DNA from: Candidatus Rokuibacteriota bacterium | Lineage (GTDB): Bacteria > Methylomirabilota > Methylomirabilia > Rokubacteriales > DASRDR01 | DNA length: 60,746 nucleotides | Direction of reading: 5' to 3' | NCBI GenBank assembly: GCA_044866005.1 | Contig: JBIOTN010000232.1 | Span: 1 to 60,746 of the forward strand | In this document: positions 18,865 to 26,832 of the stretch, in pieces | How the letters are laid out: the number at the start of each line of letters is the position of its first letter | How positions within the stretch are numbered: position 1 is the stretch's first letter | The notes under the pieces: model-generated | The model's database searches: none | Told to the model about the DNA's origin: nothing | Seen by the model: only the letters and a program-made list of their open reading frames with translations | Made by a program: the position numbers and the translations under genes

Positions 18865-20010
18865 CTAGGCTGTCGGCCGGCGGTACTCCACCCGGAACCG
18901 GCGGACCGGCGGCTCCTCGGCGGCGTCCCGGTAGTCCTCGAAGCGCACGACCTCGAGGCCCGCCCGCTCGAAGAGGCCCAGTTCCTCCCGGGTGAGCGGC
19001 CAGGGCATGCTGCCCGGGTCCTCGGCGGGGTCGCGACCACGCGCGACGACGAACAGCCGGCCGCCGGGACGCACGAACCCGGCGACGGACCGGATGGCGC
19101 GCTCCCGGAGGTCGGCCCCCAGCACCTGGAGCGTGAACGCCTCCAGGACGAAGTCGAACGCCTCGCGCCAGTGCCCGGGCGGCGCGAGGACGTCCGCCAC
19201 CACGTACCGGACCGGGGAGCCGGGCACGCGCTGCCGGCACCACTCGATCGCCGACGGCGCGATGTCGAACGCGGTCACCTGGAAGCCGAGGCCCGCGAGC
19301 GCTTCGGCGTCGTCCCCCGTCCCGCAGCCGACGACGAGGGCATGCTGGCCGCTCCCGGCCACCCCCTCGCGCGCCACCCACTCCTGGAAGGGTCGGTTGG
19401 GTCGGAGGCTCACCCACGGGATCGCGGCGGCATCGCCGCGCGCCGTCGCGTAGACCGTCTCGAACCAGCCGGTCGCGTCGCCGCGCTCCAGGGCCTCGCG
19501 GGCGATCCCGCGCACCCGGCGGCGCGCCTGCTCCATCACGGCGGCCGCGGTCTGGCGGATCTGCGCGGCGTGCTCGTCGGCGTGATCCGCGACCCGCCGG
19601 GCCAGGAACTCGACGGTCATCTCTCCCAGATCCGGGTGCCGGCCGGCCCGACCCCACTGGTCGTCGGGCAACTCCTCGAGCAGCCCCGCGATCTGGTGGT
19701 GCTCGGCGACGATCATCCCGACCAGCCGGTCTGTCGTGGGCCCCTGCCGCAGGGTCGCCTCACGCGCTCGCGCCTCGTCGTAGTCGGCGAAGACGGGGGC
19801 GTCCTCGTACAGGAGGCGCCGGATCCGGAGCCCGTACGCCAGGGTGACGACGTTCCGGAGATGGACGAGGGTCTCCAGCACCGACCACTCGCCGGCCCGG
19901 GGGGCCACCGCGCGCTTGGCCGGCCCGACCGCGTCGACCGCCTGCCGGACCGCGTCGGCGGACGACCGGATGCGGTCGATCAGCGCTCGACGCTCCGCGG
20001 TCCGGGTCAC
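18865..20010 (-). CDS. DinB-family domain fused to a class I SAM methyltransferase (thiopurine S-methyltransferase-like)
   Basis: GTG at 20010; N-terminal EWSVLETLVHL...HADEHAAQI (DinB His residues); C-terminal GWFETVY..IPW, VVGCGTGDDA, FDIAP. Confidence 0.8.
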   Translation of the reverse strand: MTRTAERRALIDRIRSSADAVRQAVDAVGPAKRAVAPRAGEWSVLETLVHLRNVVTLAYGLRIRRLLYEDAPVFADYDEARAREATLRQGPTTDRLVGMIVAEHHQIAGLLEELPDDQWGRAGRHPDLGEMTVEFLARRVADHADEHAAQIRQTAAAVMEQARRRVRGIAREALERGDATGWFETVYATARGDAAAIPWVSLRPNRPFQEWVAREGVAGSGQHALVVGCGTGDDAEALAGLGFQVTAFDIAPSAIEWCRQRVPGSPVRYVVADVLAPPGHWREAFDFVLEAFTLQVLGADLRERAIRSVAGFVRPGGRLFVVARGRDPAEDPGSMPWPLTREELGLFERAGLEVVRFEDYRDAAEEPPVRRFRVEYRRPTA

Positions 20011-20014
20011 ACCC

Positions 20015-20841
20015 TCAGCCGTTCCGGTACAGGACCTGGTGAAAATATGGCCTCGGCCCCTCTGGGGTATCCACGACATAACAGTCGGCCACCACCTCGA
20101 CCACCAAGCCGTGGCGTTCACCCAGGTCGGCCAGCTGCGCCCGCGAGAGCGGCGTCTTCGTGACTTCGGTTCTTCGTCGATTCTGCTCCACGAAGGTCGC
20201 CCGCTGCTCGGAGGACACCAGGCCGCGCCGAACAGCCTCCGACAGATGCCGGTCCACGTAGTCGATGAAGTAGGGTCGATAGCGGTCGAGGTCTTCCCCG
20301 ACGGTGCTGACCGCCAACGTCCCACCCGGTCCGAGCAGTCGCCGGGCTTCCGCAAAAAAGGTCTCGGACCGCGGCAAGAACGAGACCACGCTGTGAGAAA
20401 AGATGTGGGCGACGCTTCCGCTCCGCGCGCGTAGACGGTGCGGCTCGGCGCCGGGTTCCGAGAACAAACCCTCGAGCCCGTGCGTTACGGCCCAGCGCTC
20501 CAGGCTCACGTCCGTGATATCGGCGACGACGATCCGGTCCGGCGGGACACCGTGGTTTCGCGCTTGCCGAGCCATCGCCGGGTTGATGTCGACGAGATAG
20601 ACGTCGGCGTCCGGCCGGACCCGTCGCGCTTGTGCGGTCATGATGCCAGTCCCGCCCCGGCGTCGATGATGACGGGATGCCGCGAGGTCTTGATCGAGCG
20701 AATCCACTGCATGTGGAGATCCAGCGCGTGCCGGTAAAACGGCAACTCCACGATGATGTCGTAGACCGTTTGGTAAACGCCTGCGGTTGAAAATGGTTGG
20801 GTGTCGTCAGGGTTCAAGCTTCGCACGGGCGCTCGCCGCAT
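20015..20841 (-). pseudogene. Class I SAM methyltransferase split by a 1-nt frameshift inside motif I
   Basis: ORF 20638-20841 ends VIIDAGAG and ORF 20015-20707 continues GTGIM..VDIN..VADIT; adding one G near 20652 restores DAGAGTGIM. Confidence 0.75.
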
Positions 20842-20847
20842 CCGCGC

Positions 20848-22578
20848 TCAGCGCTTCTCGGGCGTGAAGAAGGGCTCGGTCCCCGCCTGGTGGTCGGTGA
20901 CGTCGGCCACCGCCACGATCTCGGGCACGCGCTTCCGCAGGAGCGCCTCGATGCCCTGCCGGACGGTGACGTCGGCCAGGCTACAGCCTTGACAGCCCCC
21001 CTCCAGCCGAATGCGCGCGCGGCCCTCCACGACCTCGACCAGGATCACCCGGCCCCGGTGCGCGGCGATCGCCGGATTCACCTCTTCGTCGAGAACCCGC
21101 CGGGCGCGCCCGATCAGGTCGGCCGGTCCGACGGCGGGCGTCGCCGCGGCCTGGGGCCACACGATACGGACCTCGGTGAGCTCCGGGACCGCCCTCCGCA
21201 GCAGCGCCTCCACGCGCGCCGCCGCGGGAACGATCGCGCCCGGGGATCCGCTCGCCTCGAGCGTGACGACGCCGCCGTCGACCGAGGAGACACGCACGGA
21301 CCCGCCGCGGGCGATCACGGATGGCGCCACGCTCCGCTCCATCACGGCCGCGACGCGGGCGGCCAGGTCCGCCCCGGCCACGGGCGCGGCGGGACGGTCG
21401 GTCGGGACGGCGCGCGCGGTCCCCGCGCCGGCCCGGCTCGCCTCGCCCAGCGCTCGGTCGAGGTCCCCGATCAAATCCTCGGGCGCCTCCAGCCCGATCG
21501 ACAGCCGCAGCAGGTCCTCCGGCACGGGCGACGAGGGGCCCTCGGTGCTGCGACGGTGCTCGATGAGGCTCTCGACCCCGCCCAGCGACGTGGCGCGCCT
21601 GAACAGCTTCACCGCCGCGACCACCGCGCGGGCGTGCGGCTCGCCGCCCGCGAGACGGATCGACAGCATCCCCCCGAACCCCCCGGTCATCTGGCGAACG
21701 GCGACGTCGTGGCCGGGATGCGAGGGCAACCCCGGATACAGAACCGCCGTGAGCGCCGGGTGCTCCTCGAAGTGGCGGGCCAGGGCGAGCGCGCTCTCGG
21801 ACGCGCGGCGCACGCGGAGGAACAGGGTGCGCATGCCCCGCTGCAGCAGCCAGGCCTCGAACGGGCCGAGCACGCAGCCGGCATTGCGGCGCCAGGAGCG
21901 GATGCGCTCCCAGAACGGCCCGCGCGACGCCGTGACCACCGCCCCGGCCAGGACGTCACTGTGGCCGTTCAAGTACTTGGTGGCCGAGTGGACGACGAGG
22001 TCCGCGCCGAGCGCGATGGGTCGGGTGAGCACCGGCGTCGCGACGGTGTTGTCGACGGCCACGCGCACGTCCGCCGCGTGGGCGATCCGCGTCACCGCGG
22101 CGAGGTCGGTGACGTCCCACGTCGGGTTGGCCGGCGTCTCCACCCACAGGAGCCGGGTCCGACCGCGACGGATCGCGGCCTCCACCGCGTCCGGATCGCT
22201 CGTGTCGACGAACTCCACATCGAGCCCCCACGCCACGCCGAACTCGGCGAGCCACTTGCGGACGCCCCAGTAGAGGATCCGGGACACCAGGACGTGGTCG
22301 CCGGGCAGGAGCGACTGAAAGACCGCGGTGGCCGCCGCGCTGCCCGAGGCCAGGAGGACGCACGCGGCGCCGCCCTCGAGCGCCGCCAGCAGGCGCTCGG
22401 CGTGGTCGTAGGTGGGGTTGTCGGCTCGCGTGTACACCAGGCCCGCGCGGTCGCTCCCGTCGGGGTGGCGCTCGTAGACGGTCGACGGGTGGATGGGCGG
22501 CGCCAGGGCGCCCGAGGCCGCATCGACCTCGCCCAGCGCCTGGGCCGCCAGCGTCTCGGGGGACAGCCGCTCCGTCAC
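20848..22578 (-). CDS. Cys/Met-metabolism PLP enzyme (cystathionine gamma-synthase/lyase family) fused to two NifU/Nfu C-terminal domains
   Basis: GTG at 22578; YTRADNPT, ETPANP, DNT, HSATKYLNGHSD, TSLGGVESL; then a degenerate NifU domain (VAPSVIARGG) and a second one (VNPAIAAHRG..GGCQGC..DVTDH). Confidence 0.85.
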   Translation of the reverse strand: MTERLSPETLAAQALGEVDAASGALAPPIHPSTVYERHPDGSDRAGLVYTRADNPTYDHAERLLAALEGGAACVLLASGSAAATAVFQSLLPGDHVLVSRILYWGVRKWLAEFGVAWGLDVEFVDTSDPDAVEAAIRRGRTRLLWVETPANPTWDVTDLAAVTRIAHAADVRVAVDNTVATPVLTRPIALGADLVVHSATKYLNGHSDVLAGAVVTASRGPFWERIRSWRRNAGCVLGPFEAWLLQRGMRTLFLRVRRASESALALARHFEEHPALTAVLYPGLPSHPGHDVAVRQMTGGFGGMLSIRLAGGEPHARAVVAAVKLFRRATSLGGVESLIEHRRSTEGPSSPVPEDLLRLSIGLEAPEDLIGDLDRALGEASRAGAGTARAVPTDRPAAPVAGADLAARVAAVMERSVAPSVIARGGSVRVSSVDGGVVTLEASGSPGAIVPAAARVEALLRRAVPELTEVRIVWPQAAATPAVGPADLIGRARRVLDEEVNPAIAAHRGRVILVEVVEGRARIRLEGGCQGCSLADVTVRQGIEALLRKRVPEIVAVADVTDHQAGTEPFFTPEKR

Positions 22579-22631
22579 CTCACCGTGCCTCCTCGCGGCC
22601 GCGGCCGGCGCGCGCTCCAGTCGATCCGACC

Positions 22632-23213
22632 CTACACCGGCGCGTAAGCCCGATACTCCATCTGGGCCGCGATCTTCTCGCGCGCGGCGCCGCCCCAGAA
22701 CCTCTCCACCAGATAGAGGCCCAGGTCGAGCGCGGAGGCGACCCCGCCGGCCGTCACGACGGGCCCCTCGTCGACGATGCGCCGGTCGGTGACCACCTCG
22801 CGGCAGTACGGCCGGAGGGCGTCGTACGCGCCGTGGTGCGTGGTGGCGCGCCGCCCCGCCAGGTAGCCGGCCTTCCCCAGGAGGAGAGCGCCCGTGCACA
22901 CCGACGCCAGCGGGCGGTCCCGTCCCCAGGTCCGGAGGTAGTCGACGAAGCGGGCGTCGTCCACGAGCGCGCGGGTCCCGAAGCCGCCCGGCACGTACAG
23001 GAGGTCGAACGCCGCCAGGTCCTCGTAGACGGACTCGGGCCGGATGACGAGGCCCGTGTCGTCGGCGACCTCGCGTGTGGTGCCGATGATCCGGTGGCTG
23101 ACCTCGGGGTCGATGCCCATCGTGGCCACGCGCCGGAGGGCGTCATAGCCGCCCACGAAGTCGAGGAAGGTCAGTCGCGGAAAGACCAGGAAGGCGATCC
23201 GCTTGATGGTCAT
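22632..23213 (-). CDS. DJ-1/PfpI family protein
   Basis: VPGG, ASVCTG, RATTH, TAGGV, QMEY. Confidence 0.92.
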   Translation of the reverse strand: MTIKRIAFLVFPRLTFLDFVGGYDALRRVATMGIDPEVSHRIIGTTREVADDTGLVIRPESVYEDLAAFDLLYVPGGFGTRALVDDARFVDYLRTWGRDRPLASVCTGALLLGKAGYLAGRRATTHHGAYDALRPYCREVVTDRRIVDEGPVVTAGGVASALDLGLYLVERFWGGAAREKIAAQMEYRAYAPV

Positions 23214-23238
23214 GTCACCCCAAGCCTACATCACGGGG

Positions 23239-24525
23239 CTAGGCGCCGGCGACCCGGCGGAGCGTCTCCTGCATCCGGACCACGACGACCAGGCCCGAGA
23301 GCAGGGTGAGGGCCGCCACCACGTGGATGGCCGCCCCCATGCCGAGCCAGTCCGCGACGAGCCCGGCGATCAGCGCGCCCACGGCGTAGCCGAGGTCGCG
23401 CCAGAGGCGGTAGACCCCGAAGCTCGTGGCGCGCCAGGCGGGATGGGCGACGTCCCCGATGACCGCGAGCAGCGTGGGATAGACCATCGCCGTCCCCAGC
23501 CCCTGGAGCGCCGCGCTCCAGAGCCACGCCGGATAGGTCGGCACGAGCACGGTGAGCCAGATGGCCCCGGCCTGGAGCACCATCCCGCCGGCGATCAAGG
23601 GCTTCCGGCCGATCCGGTCGCTGAGGGGGCCGGTGACGACCTGCAACGCGCCCCACACGCCTGGATACACGGCCTTCACGACGCCGATCGCGGCCACCCC
23701 CAGCCCGTAGCTCCCGAAGAAGAGCGGATAGATCCCCCAGGACATGCCGTCGTTCAGGTTGTTCACCAGGCCGGCCTGACAGGCGGCCGACAGGCTCCGG
23801 TCGCGCCAGGTCGTGACGGCGAAGATCCGACCGAACCTCGACGCCGCGGCCGGCGCGACGGTCGCGGCCTGCGCGATCTCCAGCGCCACGTGGCCCCGGG
23901 TCTCGCGGACGAACAGCACGGAGAGGCCGAGGCCGAGGACGGCCACGACGCCGCCATAGTAGAACGGCTCGGGCCGGAGCGAGTACACGCTGGCGAGATA
24001 CCCCGTGGCCCACGCCGAGAGGGCGACCGAGAGGTAGCCCGCGAACTCGTTGAGGCCGAGCGCGAGCCCGCGCCGCTTCGGGCCCACCAGGTCCACCTTC
24101 ATGATGACCGTCATCGACCAGGCGAAGGCCTGGTTGGCGCCGAGCAGGATGTTCGCCGCGTCGATCCAGCCCCAGGACGGCGCCCACATGATGAGGAAGG
24201 GCACCGGCAGGCCGAGGAGCCACCCGGCGACCAGGATCGGCTTGCGTCCCACGCGCTCGGACAGGCGCGCGGCCACCAGGTTCAGGAGCGCCTTGGTGAC
24301 CCCGAAGCTCACGATGAACGAGACGATCGCCGTTTTCGACGCCAGGCCGAACTCCCGCTCGCCGAGGAGGGGGACGACCGTCCGCTCGAGCCCCACCATC
24401 GCACCGACGAAGGCGTTGATCAGGACGAGAAGCGCGAACTGCCCGAGGTTGGCCCGGAGGCCGAGGGCGAGGGGGGCCGGGACGGCAGGCGCCGCCCGCG
24501 TCAGGCCCGGGCTCGCCTCCGTCAC
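23239..24525 (-). CDS. MFS transporter
   Basis: GTG at 24525; LGLRANLGQF, NAFVGAMVGLERT, GLNEFAGY, NNLNDG, VYRLWRDLGY. Confidence 0.9.
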   Translation of the reverse strand: MTEASPGLTRAAPAVPAPLALGLRANLGQFALLVLINAFVGAMVGLERTVVPLLGEREFGLASKTAIVSFIVSFGVTKALLNLVAARLSERVGRKPILVAGWLLGLPVPFLIMWAPSWGWIDAANILLGANQAFAWSMTVIMKVDLVGPKRRGLALGLNEFAGYLSVALSAWATGYLASVYSLRPEPFYYGGVVAVLGLGLSVLFVRETRGHVALEIAQAATVAPAAASRFGRIFAVTTWRDRSLSAACQAGLVNNLNDGMSWGIYPLFFGSYGLGVAAIGVVKAVYPGVWGALQVVTGPLSDRIGRKPLIAGGMVLQAGAIWLTVLVPTYPAWLWSAALQGLGTAMVYPTLLAVIGDVAHPAWRATSFGVYRLWRDLGYAVGALIAGLVADWLGMGAAIHVVAALTLLSGLVVVVRMQETLRRVAGA

Positions 24526-25256
24526 GGCGCGCCCAGGTTCTGGCGACGCGTGGCGGCGAAGCTCGGCGGCTGGGCGGGCAGCCCGTCCAGGGCGAAGCGG
24601 ACGAACCCCTCCCGGTCCGGGATCTGCAGCGCCGGGTTGAACCGGCGCTCGAAGCCGATCGTGGACATGGGCTTGCCGCTGAGGCCCTTGCCGCACGCCG
24701 CGCCGCTGAAGTGGGCGGGGTAGACCTCGACGTGGTCGGGCAGGGTGAGCAGCCGCCGCACGCTCTCGTAGAGCTCCGCGGCCAGCCGCGCCTCGGTGCC
24801 GTCGCCGCTGAGGTCGGGTCGGCCGACCGCGCCCGAAAAGAGCGTGTCGCCGGTGAGGACGAACCAGGGCGCCTCGCCGCGCGTCCGGTCCGCGACGAGG
24901 AGACAGATGCCCTCCGGCGTGTGCCCCGGGGTGTGCCAGACCGTGAGGGCGACGTTCCCGAGCGCGAGGGCCTGCCCGTCCCGGAGCGGCTGGAACGGGT
25001 AGCTCGCCGGCGCCGACTCGTGAAGGCAGTGGCTCGCCCCGGTCGCCTCGGCGAGCCGGCGAGCTCCCGAGACGTGGTCGGCCTGGACGTGGGTCTCGAT
25101 CACGTGCGTGATCCGGAGTCGCTTCTGGGCCGCGGCCTCGAGGTACGGTTCGATCTGAGGCTGTGGATCCACCACAGCGCCGATTCCCTCGCCCCCTCAG
25201 CCGAACAGGTACGCCGCGCAGCCGCTCTCGGGCCGCAGGAACTGGCGGAAGATCAT
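24522..25256 (-). CDS. MBL-fold persulfide dioxygenase-like protein with in-frame UGA at codon 20 (candidate selenoprotein)
   Basis: SD AAGGAGGAG then ATG at 25256: MIFRQFLRPESGCAAYLFG-UGA-GGEGIGAVVDP, in frame with ETHVQADH, HTPGHT, TGDTLF, PAH, GAACG. Confidence 0.8.
25160..25178 (-). promoter_or_regulatory. Candidate bacterial SECIS hairpin
   Basis: mRNA GCUGUGG-UGGAU-CCACAGC; 25 nt separate the UGA from the loop, and loop position 2 is G. Confidence 0.6.
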
Positions 25257-25348
25257 GGCCGCTCCTCCTTTCGGCCGCGCCGGCGCGGCCGATTGTCACG
25301 GTAGGGCGGCCCGTGCTAGAAATCCAATTCGATGATCGGAAGGGAGCG

Positions 25349-25363
25349 ATTCGTCGGGCTTAT
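25349..25363. promoter_or_regulatory. Putative LysR T-N11-A box between divergent genes
   Basis: Minus strand ATAAGCCCGACGAAT; candidate -10 GACAAT at 25292-25297 for the MBL gene. Confidence 0.4.
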
Positions 25364-25378
25364 CGGTGGGAGGGGCCG

Positions 25379-26326
25379 GTGACGGTGCGCCAGCTCGAGA
25401 TCTTCGTCGCCGTGCTGGAGCGGCGGAGCTTCCGCAAGGCGGCCGAGCACGTCGGCCTCAGCCAGCCCGCCCTGTCGCAGCAGGTCAAGGAGCTCGAGGC
25501 GGGCCTGGGGACGCCGCTCTTCGAGCGGCTCGGCCGCACCGTGACCCCGACCGAGGCGGGCCGGCTCCTGGAGGGCTATGCGCGACGGGTCTTCGCGGCG
25601 CTCCAGGGCGCGCAGGAGGCGATCGGCGAGCTGCGCGGGCTCCGGCGTGGCTCGCTCCTGCTCGGCGCCAGCAGCACCCCGGGCATCTACCTGGTGCCCT
25701 GGCTCCTCGGCCGCTTCAAGGCCCGCTATCCGGGCATCGACGTGGCGCTGCGGATCGGGAACAGCCGCGAGATCGAAGACCGGGTGCGCGCGAGCGAGGT
25801 CGACCTCGGCATCGTGGGGGGGCACCTCGCCGACGCCCGGGAGACGTGCGTGGAGGCGAGCCTGCTCGATCGCCTCGTCCTGATCGTCGGCCCGCGCCAC
25901 CCCTGGGCGAAGCGTGGCGTGATCGGTCCGGACCGGCTGGCCGAGGCCTGCCTCCTCGTGCGCGAGGAGGGGTCCGCCACGCGCCGACTCACGGAGCGAA
26001 CCCTGGGCCGGCTCGGCGTCGCGGCCCGCGCCTGTCTGGAGCTGGGCCACACCGAGGCGATCAAGGAAGGGGTCCGGGCCGGCCTCGGCGTCGCGTTCGT
26101 GTCGGAATACGCCGTGCGGGGCGAGGTCGCGGCCGCTCAGCTCCGGATCGTGCGGGTCGAGGGCGTGGCCGTGGAGCGCCATTTCCACGTGATCCGGCAC
26201 GAGGCGCGCACGCTCACGCCGGGCGCCCGCGCTTTTCTCGAGTGCCTGCGCGCGGGTCCGTCCGTCAGGCCCGGGCGCGCGGCACGGCCAGCGCGGCGAG
26301 CGTGGCCCGCGCCCACGGCTCGCTGA
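25379..26326 (+). CDS. LysR-family regulator (CysL-like)
   Basis: GTG at 25379; RQLEIF..SFRKAA..LSQPALS, GASSTPGIY, REEGSATR, TEAIKE. Confidence 0.9.
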   Translation: MTVRQLEIFVAVLERRSFRKAAEHVGLSQPALSQQVKELEAGLGTPLFERLGRTVTPTEAGRLLEGYARRVFAALQGAQEAIGELRGLRRGSLLLGASSTPGIYLVPWLLGRFKARYPGIDVALRIGNSREIEDRVRASEVDLGIVGGHLADARETCVEASLLDRLVLIVGPRHPWAKRGVIGPDRLAEACLLVREEGSATRRLTERTLGRLGVAARACLELGHTEAIKEGVRAGLGVAFVSEYAVRGEVAAAQLRIVRVEGVAVERHFHVIRHEARTLTPGARAFLECLRAGPSVRPGRAARPARRAWPAPTAR

Positions 26327-26765
26327 GCGTGGGCGTCGGCTGGTACCGGATGGCCTGGGTGATGCGCATGCCGCCCTCCCACTCGGTGGCCGCGTCCTCC
26401 AGCACGTCGAGGACCTCCAGCAGGAAGTAGCCGAGCCCGAACTCCTCACCCCCCTCGACCGGCAGCGGGCCGTCCACCGCCCGCGCCTTCACGTAGACGA
26501 TGGCATCGGGCTCGATCAGAAGGAGCGTGCCGGACCGGCGCTCCACGAGGTTGCGCGCGCTCCGGCTCGCCTTGAGGATGACCAGCCCGAGCGTGCGGGG
26601 ATCGTAGGCGCGGACTTCGAGGTAGGAGAGCAACATGGGGTGGGCCCGACCGTCGGCGTCCACGGTCACGAAGGGCAGCGCGATGCCCAGGCGCGGCTCG
26701 AGATCGCGCTGCGAGAGGCGCGCCACGAGCGCGCCGGACAGCGCGGGGCCACGACTCACCGTCAT
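26265..26765 (-). CDS. Pyridoxamine 5'-phosphate oxidase-like FMN-binding split-barrel protein
   Basis: FVTVDADGRAH, SRSARNL. Confidence 0.7.
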   Translation of the reverse strand: MTVSRGPALSGALVARLSQRDLEPRLGIALPFVTVDADGRAHPMLLSYLEVRAYDPRTLGLVILKASRSARNLVERRSGTLLLIEPDAIVYVKARAVDGPLPVEGGEEFGLGYFLLEVLDVLEDAATEWEGGMRITQAIRYQPTPTLSEPWARATLAALAVPRARA

Positions 26766-26832
26766 CGCGGTCCGGGCCCGGTCGGCGCTCGCCGGGTCGG
26801 CGCTCGGCGCGGGCGGCCCCCGGCGCCCGCCC

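Noticed and set aside
25176..25256. MBL gene as a simple nonsense pseudogene, or starting at GTG 25175
   Set aside because: Not excluded but disfavoured: the SD and ATG are intact, the N-terminus looks conserved, the UGA is at a probable Cys position, and a SECIS-like hairpin follows.
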